A stretch of 64,000 nucleotides of DNA from Veleropilina oligotropha (lineage: Eukaryota): the NCBI GenBank assembly GCA_048128005.1, contig JBEUKZ010000010.1:124001-188000 (forward strand). Reading direction: 5' to 3'. Position numbers and translations under genes: made by a program. How positions within the stretch are numbered: position 1 is the first letter of the stretch; each line of letters opens with the position of its first letter. The notes under the pieces were generated by a model. That model was not told the origin of the DNA, searched no databases, and saw nothing but the letters and a program-made list of their open reading frames with translations. This document shows positions 1 through 13,550 of this stretch, in pieces.

Positions 1-400
1 CGATACAAGCAAATAGTTAGACCGCATTTAGAATATGCAGTGCAAGCATGGTGTCCATATCTTGCAAAGGATATTAATATATTCTAGAACAAGTTCAAAG
101 AAGAGCCACAAAATTGATAGCAGAATTGAGAGAATTACCATATGAGGACAGACTAAGAGCACTGAACCTCACAACATTATTTTGAGAAGGATAGGAGGTG
201 ATATGATTCAGGTGTTTAAAATGTTTACAGGAAAAGACAACGTTGACAATAGTTTCTTTTTTCAGATAAACCATAATGATAAGCATACCAGGGGGCATCA
301 ATACAAGATTTACAAAAAACGATTCAGACTAGACGTTAGAAAACACTTATTCTCAAATCGGGTTGTTGATGAATGGAATGCTCTTCCTAATAATGTAGGG
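1..400 (+). mobile_element. CR1-type LINE 3' fragment (C-terminal part of ORF2, frameshifted)
   Basis: Translates across frameshifts to RPHLEYAVQAWCPYL...LEQVQRRATKLI...LPYEDRLRALNL...RRIGGDMIQVFK...HTRGHQYKIYKKRFRLDVRKHLFSNRVVDEWNALP, the typical CR1 ORF2 C-terminus. Confidence 0.9.
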
Positions 401-1086
401 GAATCGACAAGATTTCAAGTGGTTTATGGGGAGTTTTTTGCTTGATATTTTCCTAAAATTATGCTTGTTCTAATTTGACAATTATATCTGACAGCATATA
501 TTTTACCTAAATTGTTTCAGCCATACATAATACTATCCATAATACAATATAATAATTAAATGATGACTGTCATGCCAATGATTCTCCACCGCGTAACAGC
601 ATTTTAAAAAACATTTTAAAATATTTGAAAAAAGTAATCTAAAATATTTTAATGTTTTTAAAACCCTGATTAATATGTTTTAGATAATTATTATATCATA
701 AAATTTGAAGATGCCTGTGTTTGTATATATATTAACACATGAAATTAATTAAGGCTAATTACGTCTTTTTATAAATATGGGGTACTCGTATTTAAAAAAA
801 TTGCCATTTGCAGTTATCTCCCTTGCTACTTATTGCCACATGGGTTTTCAAGAGCTTCAGAGTGGAAGTAATGTGCTCTCGAAACCCAAACAAATTCAAT
901 TTAATCTTGTGAATATGTTATTTTAATTTTCTACAAACTGGGGATTACCTATGCGATGCATGATTTCATGTCACTGTGCTTGTTTTCCCACTTTATGAGA
1001 GTTCACTACTGTACACTGTACTGATATCCACAATATGATTTCTTTTTGTGCAATGGATTCATCCCAACTTTTAATTATTCTAATTA

Positions 1087-1815
1087 TTATCCCCCGCAAA
1101 AATATATTTGCGGGGGATATTAAAATGCAGACCGTCCGTCGACATAACTTTTCGAAACTTCCTGGATGTATTAAGTACTCGGTGAACTGGTGCCTTTTGC
1201 TAGTTTCGACGTTGTGCAGCGATCATTAACAGAGTTATTTCCCTTGTTCTAAATTCGTTAAAATTTTCTCTTTTCCGGAGCAATAATTAGCTCATACACC
1301 GCTTGACATAACTTGACGAAACTTGCTGGATATATTAAGTAGTCTGTGCACTGGTGCATTTTGCTAGTTTCGACGTTGTGTGGTGATCATAGACAGAGTT
1401 ATTACCCTTATTGTTCATTTGTTTCGGTTCTCCTTTCCGAAGCGTATCTCATAAACCTCTTGGCATAACTTGATGCGATTTGGTGGGTTTTAAGCAGTTG
1501 TTGAACTGGTGCCTTTCGTTAATTTCTACATTGTACGTAAAATATTCACAGAGTTATTGCCCTTGCTTTAATTTTGTTATTCCCGACTATATCTCATACA
1601 GTGCTTGACTTATCATTACAAAACTTGGTGGGTGTATTCAATAGTTGGTTAACTGGTGCGTTTTCATAATTTTAACGTGGCGTCATGATTAATGACAGAG
1701 TTATTGCCCTTGTTATTATTTAAATCAACAATATTGTTTCAAGAACATGGAGCATATATGGTAATTATTGTGAATGTACCATTGCGGGGGATATTGATGG
1801 CTTTGTCTTCTTGTT
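1087..1815 (+). mobile_element. Helentron-associated non-autonomous element (HINE/DINE-1-like), family A
   Basis: 5' hairpin TATCCCCCGCAAA..TTTGCGGGGGATA, then CCGTCCGTC microsatellite, four ~150-165 bp internal repeats (AACTGGTGCCTTTTGCTAGTTTCGACG...ACAGAGTTATT), 3' subterminal GCGGGGGATA and a CTTGTT end. Confidence 0.75.
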
Positions 1816-2764
1816 AATTTTGTATTTTCGACTCCTGACACTTTTTCAAAATGGAAGTTCACATCATGTCTAGGTTCATATATTAATCGTAGTGCTTTAA
1901 AATTATCTCCTTGGTAATGCACCTAGTTGATCAGAGATGAGAGCATTACAATCAATATTTGGAGATGGCGCTTTCATCATGCCATACTTCCTTATTTCTT
2001 GGAAGAGATCTTGGACCGTATTCTGAAACGGCCTTCAAGTTCAAACTTTCTTTCCACTTTCTGTAGTAGCACTTTTAATCAATAAAAGAGCAACTTTACC
2101 ATTAAAATAATTTCAAGAACAACACTTTACTGTCCCTTCCGAAAATGTCCCTTGCCAATTGAACTGACAAGAGGATCGTCACTTTCTTGTCGTAGACACT
2201 AAGATCACTGAAAGCCCGATCAAATTACAAATTATAATATTGATATCCCCACGAGTACGCAAACTACATGTACGGTACACTATCCTGATTGGCTTTTCAA
2301 ATGTATTTTGATTTAGACCATGCATCATGTAACCTTTAAAGTCAATAACTGCTCATAATACGGAAGACAAAATCCAAAAATTAATGTTTTCTACTATTGA
2401 GAAGAAAATTATTAGCATATATATACTTGCTGATAAATGAACTCGTATTTTGAAAAGAAAATTATGCATAAAACCTTTCTTTGAAAAAACATATCTTTGT
2501 TAAACTTTAGCAGCGTGTCACTTCTCGAATTCCTTTCCCACATCCTTGGCTTCTATATTTCTAGAAGGATGTATGGATCAAGACTACATACTCTCAATCA
2601 CCTACTAACGATTAGAGACTGGTTGGAGATTGACTGGAACCTAGGATATAATCCTACAGGGATGATAATTGCCAATCTAATTGTCCATATCCATCTTGAT
2701 ATTGAGGGCGCCGTGGCAGAAATAATCCCATGCTGCCCTACAAATCCACTTGGCGATGTAAAGA

Positions 2765-3280
2765 AAAGGGAAGGGAATGGATCAATGCTTAATGTCCTGT
2801 ATATTTCCAATCATTAAGTTCAAAGCAGGACGTGTCCATATTATCGCGGGAGGAAAACACGAGGAAACCTACCCTCTCCGAGTAGTTACGGACAACTGTG
2901 ATTCACAACTTGAACAAATAATGCCATGTCCCAACCACCGTTCGTATTAGCGGAATGAAGCCAGTGATTTTAGGTCGCTTCGGTAGCGCAGTGGGTAGAG
3001 TGTCCACTCTAAATTCACTGGCTTGTTTCCGCTGACGCGAACAGTAGTGGGATCGACCCCCGGCTGAGGCAGCACACATTTGTTCAAGTTATGAAGCACA
3101 GTTGTCCGTGACTGGCCGAAGAGGGCGGGTTTACCCGGCAACCGGGGTTTCCTCCCGCGATAACACGGACATGTCCTGCCTTGAACCTCGATGTTATAAA
3201 TATACACAGGACATTAAGCATAATTCCTCCGCCAGTGATTTTTCGGAGTCTGCAACCAAAATCATGCGACGAAACGGCCG
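2765..3280 (-). mobile_element. Older V-domain-like tRNA-SINE, split by a younger SINE insertion
   Basis: 2765-2971 is the reverse complement of the SINE tail and body; 3243-3280 is the reverse complement of the head (GGCCGTTTCG...GACTCCGAAAAATCACTGGC). Confidence 0.75.
2973..3230 (+). mobile_element. Young V-domain-like tRNA-SINE
   Basis: A box TAGCGCAGTGG, B box GGATCGACCCC, V-like core GGGTTTACCCGG..CCGGGGTTTCCTCCC, TCCTCC tail, TSD GCCAGTGATTTT at 2960-2971 and 3231-3242. Confidence 0.9.
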
Positions 3281-5359
3281 TGATGTCAAGGATACGAGTG
3301 TAGCTCCCAATTTATTTGCCTGACTGCTCTGATTAACAGTAGCGTGTCAGAACCCTCAGCTGGGCACATTGTTCAAATTAAGAGTAAGAGGTTGTCCATA
3401 ACTCGTCGATGCGGGTAAGTTTTCCCGAGAGACTGGATTGTCCGCCCGTAATAATATAGACATTCTTGTGTGACCCTGAAGGTTGTTAAAATTGATATTA
3501 AGCCTCGATCTATTCAAACCAAATCATAGACCCTCAACAAAATTCTTTTTCGATGCACATGTATATTGTATATATGAATTTTATCAGCTTCCAATACTGT
3601 AAATTCAGGGGCGGCGGGGGCTCGCCCCTACCCAACTTTATAAATTATTTCACAACTTGTGAAAAAATAATTTACTCATATTTTGGCAAAAATAGTCCAT
3701 GAATGTTGGTAAGAAATATCGCTTTTGCACTGTCAGAATACAGGAAAGGGAGTTTGACATCGTTACTTGTCAAAATTTTCCTTCTTTTGTGGGTCCCCCA
3801 TGCGAAAAGTTTATTGTATATTTCGCAGATTGCATTCCCGTCCACCCCCCCCCCCCCCCCCACCCCACTGCCCGAGATTATATGCTGTTCGTTAATTATT
3901 TGCTACTCGTATTTTCTAAAGTGTTAATGTGACCGCAACATGATTATTGACAGAGTTCATGAATGCTGCAGAGAATTACAGGAAGTCATTATTGTCAGAC
4001 TCAGCTGGATTTGTCAATTATCGATCAATAATCATTGAAAATACTGTAGATGCTCATTTGCTTAGCCACATGAAAGCACAGCACAAATACAAAACTATAG
4101 GTATTTTTGATAATAATATATCACACCTGTAAAATGTGTGACTTTTAATAGGACGGGTTAGCTGTGAATCGGATGCATTCCATATACAGATATGGATTTA
4201 AAGTTTACTTGATGAAAATTTAATTAATTTCAACTCGATTGATCATTTAACAGCATGTGCTGAATACCGACCTCTGTGATTGTTCGGTATTGATTAATAA
4301 TCATACACCTTATAATATATGAACTACGTCTCGAAGGTCATTTACAAGGGCGCATATTAAGTCAATTACTGACATTTTATAAATAATAAATCATATGATA
4401 ATTCTTGTATTTAACAAAAACGCGTATTAATTATTATTACATTCCATTAATCAAGAATAATAACTGTGAAATTTCTGTTATTGGAATCTAACTAATATGT
4501 GTCATTAGTGGAAATTTTTATAAATAACCATTTTTCTGTTGATGGCATAGAGACATGTTACAGCAATAGCAATAATTATTGTGTGGGGTGATTCATATAG
4601 TTTGTTACATTGCGAACACACATACGTACACATCTAACTTTGATTACGGTAGATTCGCAATGATTCATCGCTCATCTAAAAAGCCTGTCAGAAAAATATT
4701 CTGCTGGTTACCGCTTTCATTTTTATTGCTGCATATGGTTCCAGACGAACCCAATGCACTTTAATATCACTCATTTCCTCAGGCAGTATATCTTTCATAT
4801 TAATTGAATTAAGAGTGTCAGATTGCTAACTTATGTCTGGCTGCGCTTTATGTCAGTTCCATACAGAATTGGTTTTATCCTAGGTTGCCAGCGGGAACAA
4901 GTGTTCTCTGTGAATTGCCAACGGCACAGGTGTCATTTCGAGATATAATCTGTTAATTAGTCCATCACTCATATCGTGTTGAAATGGTGACTAGAAAAAA
5001 TACACAATGCATATATTTGAATATTATGCAAATGATTTACAATATATAGATATCTAATCCAGGTAACTTGTGATGCTGTTAAGGACGTTCATAAATATAC
5101 AAGAGGAATGAGCATGCGGATGCACTGTTATCTCCCTTATTCCAACTTTTATCTTCACAACAACTCAACCATTCATTGCCACTGCAGCCGAGATAAAATC
5201 ACCGAATGTTAGTCATTACCGTCACGTACGCATTTCTTTTAAAATTTCCTTTGATGCCTATCATTGTGAGATAGGAATTTTTATGACAAAAATGCATCAT
5301 TCAAGAGATTTGCATATACTCATTGTGTGCAGTGTCAGGTTGTGGAGAAATCACTTTAC

Positions 5360-5770
5360 GAGATCTATATATATCCCGATCGGGATATGTCTCAATCAGA
5401 ATACAAAATATATTCCGATCGGGATACAAAATTTTCAAAATCTTTTTTTGCAATCAAATAACAAAAATCGAGCAAATGTAAGTATATGAGATGCTATATA
5501 AGTAAATAATGTTATCAAATTGCGCCTCACTGGTCCTTAATTTAATGGATACAAATTGACAAAAATTTCGTCAATTTTTAGCCGTGAAATTAAAGACCAT
5601 CGAGGTGCAATTTCATAGCATTATTTACTTATATTGGCTCTCATATACTTACATTTGCTCGATTTCTGTTATTAGACTGCAAAAAAAGATTTTGAAAATG
5701 TATATCCCGATCGAGATATATTTTATATCCCGTTTGAGATATAAATCCCAATCGGGATATATATCCCGAA
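5360..5770. repeat. Long imperfect palindrome (foldback/MITE-like), arms about 200 bp
   Basis: Arms are reverse complements about a centre near 5565; ORFs on opposite strands end in nearly the same peptide (FQNLFLQSNNKNRANVSI and FQNLFLQSNNRNRANVSI). Confidence 0.85.
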
Positions 5771-7147
5771 ACTTGTTTGTAACCTGTAACGTTTGCTGTA
5801 CTGTTCTTCACCTTCATGTTTAATGCTCCTACAAAATTGCAAATGGTAAGAGCAGATGATGTGTCACTGAATCTGACAAAACACACCAGAAACTTGCACT
5901 TTTATGTCATATTCTATTGGTTTTGAATCGATTCCGCTGGTTTTCAACAATATTGTAGTTGGAACTTCGGTTTTACATTTCCCTTAGGATAATGAGTAAC
6001 AAGTTATTAAGACATCTCTTATACAAGATTTAAGTTTTATAATAAGAACACAAGATTTGAATAAGCAATTTACTATCCCAATGTTTTTTCCAGTGGAGCT
6101 ACAGAGGACATACAGTCCTGCCTTGATGACAATTTGTTATCTGATAAAATTTATGGATGATGAGTTAAAAGAAATGTGATAAGGTGTGCCGCCTTTGTGC
6201 CAGCTCTCAAACAATTGAAGATCAACACTTCAGATTTATCAGTCATGATAATCAATAACGATTCTTCCAGAATTTCTGTCACGATAAAATAGACATGACC
6301 CAGATGTTAAATGGAACAACTAAAATCCAAATTAAATCTGAAATCTAATCTCCTTGCCAGACTACACTCGATCAGCCATCACGGTCTATCGATAGATCAC
6401 GAGACTTTGAATACAAACGTCCATGGTTCGAACCTCACTTGCGGCGACATTCCATGGGCAATGAAATAAGCATTTATGTGCCTAGGTTGTTGACCCAAAC
6501 AATTAACTTGAATCTGCTCTTGGTGGACAGTGACAAAAGTTACCTGTGTGTAAGTCATAGCAGCTAATTTCATGTCTATTGACTTGCAAAATCTCGATTG
6601 AATCCGGCCCAAACCAGGAAGCCAGAGTTAAATGTTAAACCGTGAGAGTATGTGCTCCGCAGGTGGATCAATTTAAGACTCTTAAAGACACATATTCACC
6701 TTAATGTAATATATAACCAACCATATGTCAGAATTCATCTTTATGCTTCGATGATAGATCTGGAATAAAACATTACATTGGATTCTGGGAAAGGTCATTA
6801 AAATTATAAGGTTCTGGTTTTTGTCTCCATTGCACTAAATATCCACAAATTCACTGTAGACAATCAACATTCATATCATATCACAAACAAAATAAGCACA
6901 AGTTTACAGACTGTTATAAGTAATATTAGTTAAGAAATTAAATTGCCTGGGTCATGACATTGAGCCTTTGAGATTGTATTTGCAATCTCTAAATGAGCTA
7001 TCTACATTGCCATCCAATTTGTCTGCCAGTCGGCACTATCGCTAATGCGGCAGGCATTATCGGATCGTGACACGAATAATCCATAACATTCATCATGTAC
7101 TCGCAAATTTAATAAGGTATGATTACGTAATGGTGAGGAACAGGTTT

Positions 7148-7161
7148 GTTACCATGGAAAC
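7148..7161. promoter_or_regulatory. RFX X-box-like motif
   Basis: GTTACCATGGAAAC matches the RFX consensus GTTNCCATGGNAAC; sequence match only. Confidence 0.35.
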
Positions 7162-7264
7162 TGTAACAGCTGTTATTTATAGAATATTAATCATCATCTC
7201 GTGTATTGAGACTGGAAACCATTAAAATTTAAGCTACATGTACTACATTGTGAACATTATATGT

Positions 7265-7585
7265 GCCGTCGTGGCTCAGTGGGTTGTTCACGGGACTCTG
7301 GTTGCAGAGTCTCACGTTCGCCCCCAAAGCTCGGCGATTTCACTTGGGCAAGGAAATAAGCACATATTTGCCTCGGTTCACCCAGCCGACCTAAATGGGT
7401 ACCTGGTCGGTGTGATAATTAGTCGTAGCGCCGTCAGTGGCAGCTTGACTGTAATGCTCTCAGAGAGAGTTGAGATGGGTTCTAGATGAGAACAGGCCGA
7501 AAAACCAGGGGTAATTATGTGATAGCGCTGTGAGCGTGCGTACCTGGGCGGATACGGCGCAATATAAATGTCCATTATTATTAAC
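7265..7585 (+). mobile_element. CORE-type tRNA-SINE with L2/CR1-like tail
   Basis: A box TGGCTCAGTGG, degenerate B box, CORE-like CTTGGGCAAG...CCTCGGTTCACCCAG...AAATGGGTACCTG, tail GGCGCAATATAAATGTCCATTATTATTA. Confidence 0.8.
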
Positions 7586-8958
7586 ATTCGTGTATTCGAT
7601 AATAAGTAGGTGATCTGGAGTTCGATCCCGATTTAGAGTACTGTTTATTACTAAATTACTGTATATAGAGTATGGTGGTGTATCACGATACATGGTATCA
7701 GCTGGGCCATGTTCGATTGTAAGGCAGAATAATAGAAATCAGATAATTGCACGAGTCGTATTCTGGAACGCGGGTTAATCAACGGTCATAACTTGGAGAA
7801 GATCTGAAATCAATGTTTTAGAGCGAAATGTGCAAATGACTATAGATTGGCAGCTGACAGACCTAAATTATTGAGACGACACAATTTGACGTATTGAGTA
7901 GTAGAACCATCTGCTTTCAGAGTCTGTATTCTACCACTGATAGCTGGAACGCGTGCATTATCATACTTCACTATAAATATGATATAATTGCGAACGATTG
8001 GCGGTGATAGAGAAGCCATGGTGAGAGCATCGTGTTCAAGCCACTCGAGTTCACTGCACAGTGTTGGTTATTCGATTAAATATATCAAAATGTACAATTG
8101 TTACGCATCAAGAACCAGTGTAATATATTCTACAAGTGTAACACAGGTATCTGATGAGTACTGTCTTGCGATAGTAAAAGGATTTAGAAACCCAGTCATA
8201 CGGAATGAATATTGATGGGCAAGATAAACCTATCATTTAGGCAACTTGTCTATAATAACGTTCCTCAAAGATATTGCACGACACAAATTGGTAATTTTAC
8301 CGTCTGATGGAAAGTTAAATTACTGGATATATGTTGTCAGACCTTAAATCAAGACGTCGATCAACAGTACAGATGAGCACATAAAGCGATTTCACTCAGA
8401 TATTCGTAAAGAGGTCTCAAAATATTTTTCCAAACAATGAAATTTGAGATTATGATGAGGGAATGCATATATTGAATGAATGCCCATCAAACAATTTTTC
8501 AATTAAAAATGAACGAAAAAGTTATGTGGTATGTAGTGAAAGAGATGTCGATCATAGAAAAATCCCTATACGGATGGATCGAACAAACCATGACTTCCGG
8601 ATTTTTACATTTTAACCACTAAGCCATCAACCATCAAATCTAAGATAACATGAAGAATTTTTTTAATTATTTTATGAAACGTTAAGCCAGCTCCGTGTTT
8701 GATATGAATGAGTGACTATGCCATACACTGAACAGGTGTTGTGGACAGTGGAATCTATTCGACAATGTTAACGGGTCCAGACTTCAATGTGATTGATGAA
8801 GTGCTAAAGTGGCCCCATTTAAATGCAACCAAAAAATATAAACAAATTATAACGGCGCATATATACAGTGCGTTTCACTGATGCTTCACTCTCTGTAATG
8901 CGGAGGGTGGGGTTATCTCCCCTAGTACTGCATAAATGGCAACCTAATCATCAAATGG

Positions 8959-9218
8959 GAGGGAGGAATGATGCTTCATGTCCTGTATATTTACAACATC
9001 GAGGTTCAAGGCAGGACATGTCCGTGTTATCGTGGGAGGAAACTCCAGTCGCCCGGGGAAACCCGCCCTCTTCGGCCAGTCGCGGACAACTGTGATTCAT
9101 AACTTTAACAAATGTCAATGCCTCATCCAGGTATTGAACCCACTACTGTTCGCATTAGCAGAATCAAGCCAGTGAATTTAGAGTGGACACTCTTACCCAC
9201 TGCGCTGCTGAAGCGGTC
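8959..9218 (-). mobile_element. Young V-domain-like tRNA-SINE
   Basis: Reverse complement closely matches the copy at 43940-44201; TSD TCATCAAATGG at 8948-8958 and 9219-9229. Confidence 0.9.
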
Positions 9219-10779
9219 TCATCAAATGGACATATTAATATGCAAAAAGACCTCAGTGATACATGTAGGACAGTTCAGAAATGCACATCACAAATTATGA
9301 CATAAAATCATATAATCATTTGTAAACTGTTGTTTTTATTGGTACTGTACATACATTTATAAGCACAATACCATATCCAGATGATCATATCACACGATGC
9401 CATATAAATTACATACAGATAAATGATCACACTTAAGTTCAATACATGCATGCATACATACGTGAGTGACTAAAACACAGTCACATATATAGCATATGAA
9501 ACGAGACATACAAACTCGAACATATAAAATAATCAATTAACTAATATTCCATTGCAAAACTAGTAATATTTCTGACTATGATTGGATATTTCTAAATTAT
9601 GTCAAAAATTACGGTACCTTTCATTTGAAGATTGCCTTTATCCCAAGGACTAAGCAAGGTCAACCATTTTGTACATGTATTGTAGTTCATAACTACTCGG
9701 TCAAAATCCTACCAGGAAGCCATTATAGAAATTTTTGATTATGATAAAATTGTCAGTGTACCCCTGTGCTAGGACAAATTACAAATTAATAATTTAGTAA
9801 TGAAACAGAAACTCTGTTTTTAAGTTTCTGGATGCATTGTGACAAAAATATCAAGAAATTAAACAATACAAAAAGCAACATGAAAATTAGTATGCAAGAA
9901 CATGAACACGTCGATCAGAATAATATCATTTCTGCCATCAAGAGGCATGCATCTGCTATACGCAAAGCCCCAGACAACAAAGACAGACTCAGACATGAAC
10001 TTTGTGGTGCGTTAAAGAAAGTGGATGAAAGGAATGACTTAAACGGGCACACAAAAGGATGAGCCGATAATAACCGTGTGGATCCCTAGCTGCATCTGGA
10101 TCTGACTCATAACTCCACACAATAGGATAACACAACATTAGCCATGCTAATGTCAGGCAAACAATGACCTCCAAACACGTCTGTCACTCGGAATTCATAA
10201 ATCCCCTGCATGATCGTGCAAGATTTTCCATGTTAAATGATGACATAGCGAATAATATTCCCAAAGTGACGAACTTCTCTAGCTAATTGTTTTAATCGAT
10301 ATTTGCATTTTGCTCAGGGATATTTATATTTAATCGTGGATACAAAGCTTCATTGTTGATAGATTGGTTGAGTCATGATCTGGTTTACCACATTGTGAAT
10401 TGAAGTTATTTATAAGTTGATTATTGTTATGAATATCAAAAGGTAACGCCAATATTAATTTTAGGATAACCACATATTTATATAATACCGCTCCTCCTTT
10501 ATATCACATTGAATTAAAATTACTTTCAAGAGAAAATCTTTAATAAAATAAATTTAAAATCCCCATCAGGCCAATATTATTCAATTTTATTCTGTGCACA
10601 GAATCACTGTCGTTAAATCAATTTCAATTTCGTGCAATATTCTAAATTCAAATTACTAAGACCTGATATATGTATATACATGTATTGCGATATCACAAAT
10701 TATCACTAGTTAGACAGAACATACAGTCTCATAACAATATTCTGAAGAAATGAAATTATACATTAACATAAAACATAAT

Positions 10780-10942
10780 ACTTACTTTGAAACAAAAAAT
10801 TGCGAAACGCGTCCATCTACTGCGGACCTTGGTCACGTAATGACGGTTTATGACGTAGCGCTCTACGTGGCATGAGAATCGATGTGTAGACGGCCGTAAA
10901 CGTCATAATCGTTTCGCATTTTTGGTTTCAAAGCAAGTAAAT
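10780..10942. repeat. Short inverted-repeat element (MITE-like remnant)
   Basis: ACTTTGAAACAAAAAATTGCGAAACG at the left is the near reverse complement of CGTTTCGCATTTTTGGTTTCAAAGC at the right. Confidence 0.55.
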
Positions 10943-11893
10943 CTATATTTACTATTTATTATCTAAGTAATTCTTGAAACCATGAACAATTTATTCCATA
11001 ATAAAACATGTTATCGAAATTTCCACACCAAATCAATGTCTGATTGCAAATTTTTTAATAACCAGAATCTTTTCAAATTTGCATAATTAACTATCAATCA
11101 CAGAGAGAGTACCTTGTTGATATATAACGCATGCACAATAAGAGAAGAACTCACGATGTGTCCTCCCCGCATTGCGTGCATTAATAATATGCATTAGAAA
11201 GTCAATGAAAGTCACTTCCCAGAACGACTCAAGGTTCACCCCGAAATCAATACCATTTCCGAACAAATCAATCACACTAAGTGACAATGATGAATTGCTA
11301 AATGTTCTTTAAAACCATTGCGTTAATAACTTAAGCATATAAAACTACAGTACAAAAATGTTGTGAAAGTGATCATATATACCTGGTATATAATAAATAC
11401 TGTATTTAGTATATATAACAAATGCCACCAAAAAATACATGATTTTTTTTTTAATATGTTCTAAAGGAGAATTTCATTTTATGACAAGGAATATTTTCAT
11501 AAAGTTTAAATATATGCGACATTCCAATATTGACATAACTTTACGATGGATTTGGAGTCGACCGAAAGTCACACCCACACTGTCGAATCGGTGCAGACAG
11601 TACAACTGTCAGAGGTGTGGTTTCGATCTACGGTCTCTGCCATTTTCCTTGAGAGAGGAATTTAAACACATATTTAATATTATTTATATGTGTCAAAATT
11701 CACCCAGCTGATCTGAGTGATCAGGTGGTAATTAAGCAGTACCAAATCTTTTCGCTATATCCACCTCTTTTGACTGTAATTATCTCCAAGGCCAACAGTT
11801 TTTTAGGCCATCTTCTGTATTAGTTTTAAATATTGGAATATTTAAAGCCATGACGGCCGCGAGAATGGAACTCGCATCCTTGCCTTCGAAGCT

Positions 11894-12679
11894 ATGCTGT
11901 TATCTCCGTGTCGTGCTGCTATCTCCATGTCGTGCTGTGATCTCCGTGTCGTGCTGTTATCTCCGTGTCGTGCTGTTATCTCCGTGTCGTGCTGTTATCT
12001 CTGTGTCGTGCTGTTATCTCCGTGTCGTGCTGTTATCTCCGTGTCGTGCTGTTATCTCCGTGTCGTGCTGTTATCTCCGTGTCGTGCTGTTATCTCCGTG
12101 TCGTGCTGTTATCTCCGTGTCGTGCTGAAATCTCCGTGTCGTGCTGTTATCTCCGTGTCGTGCTGTTATCTCCGTGTCGTGCTGTTGTCTCCGTGTCGTG
12201 CTGTTATCTCCGTGTCGTGCTGTTATCTCCGTGTCGTGCTGTTATCTCCGTGTCGTGCTGTTATCTCCGTGTCGTGCTGATATCTCCGTGTTGTGCTGCT
12301 ATCTCCGTGTCGTGCTGTTGTCTCCGTGTCGTGCTGTTATCTCCGTGTCGTGCTGTTATCTCCGTGTCATGCTGTTATCTCCGTGTCGTGCTGTTATCTC
12401 CGTGTCGTGCTGATATCTCCGTGTCGTGCTGTTATCTCCGTGTCGTGCTGTTGTCTCCGTGTTGTGCTGTTATCTCCGTGTCGTGCTGTTGTCTCCGTGT
12501 CGTGCTGTTATCTCCGTGTCGTGCTGTTATCTCCGTGTCGTGCTGTTATCTCCGTGTCGTGCTGTTATCTCCGTGTCGTGCTGTCATCTCCGTGTCGTGC
12601 TGTTATCTCCGTGTCGTGCTGTTATCTCCGTGTCATGCTGTTATAAATCTCCGTGTCGTGCCGTTATCTCCGTGTCGTG
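11894..12679. repeat. 19-bp minisatellite (GTGCTGTTATCTCCGTGTC), about 41 copies
   Basis: Directly visible tandem array; source of the repetitive CCYLRVVLLSPCRAVISVS ORFs. Confidence 0.97.
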
Positions 12680-12746
12680 GAAGCAGCTGACTAACATTAT
12701 AGTGTCTCAATTATATGACAGTTATTTCAATAACATCGACATAGAT

Positions 12747-12752
12747 TTTATT
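12747..12752 (-). other. Candidate polyadenylation signal (AATAAA) for YIPF5
   Basis: TTTATT on the + strand about 320 nt downstream of the stop codon; other candidates lie further downstream (e.g. near 9335). Confidence 0.3.
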
Positions 12753-13071
12753 ACAGACGCCTTACATCCAAGGTTACAAATACCATTAAATATCAATTTT
12801 ACAGTATTAAACATATAATCTTATTATCAAGTTATGAAAATGAACTGGTCAACTGCACTGAATGATGAAATATCGGGTTCACCTTGTAATGTTTCTTTTG
12901 TCGTCAAACCAAACACTTGGGTGTCCACACCTGCCAGATCCAAAACCAGACGCTGATAACGTTCAATAAAGTACTGTTTTCATTACGCTCTTACAGCACC
13001 AGATATCACTAATGATGATGAAATCGGGATGCAGACGTCATGTTTCATTATTCTGTTTATCTCTGGTGGTT

Positions 13072-13359
<288 letters not shown>

Positions 13360-13550
13360 TCACGTGCATTCATGATATAACATTATATGCAGACTTGTGA
13401 ATATTATGCATATTGCTTTGTATAATTGAAAAATATATCCATGGTACCAGCATAACTTAGTTCAATGAAATGGATTCTACAACACTGCCATGAAAGTCAA
13501 AACAGTAGTTTATTTTATTTCGATACATGCTTAATGTCTCATTTTAACGC

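Noticed and set aside
2947..3207. Recurrent ORF family (YNIEVQGRTC...GKPALFGQSRTT), also at 8978, 43983 and 45465
   Set aside because: Antisense translation of the SINE, not a gene family.
3606..3872. CAGGGGCGG-type hAT terminus (similar end at 39800-39816)
   Set aside because: Isolated termini without a matching partner or TSD; boundaries cannot be defined.
11850..12818. Cys-rich ORFs
   Set aside because: Translations of the 19-bp minisatellite.
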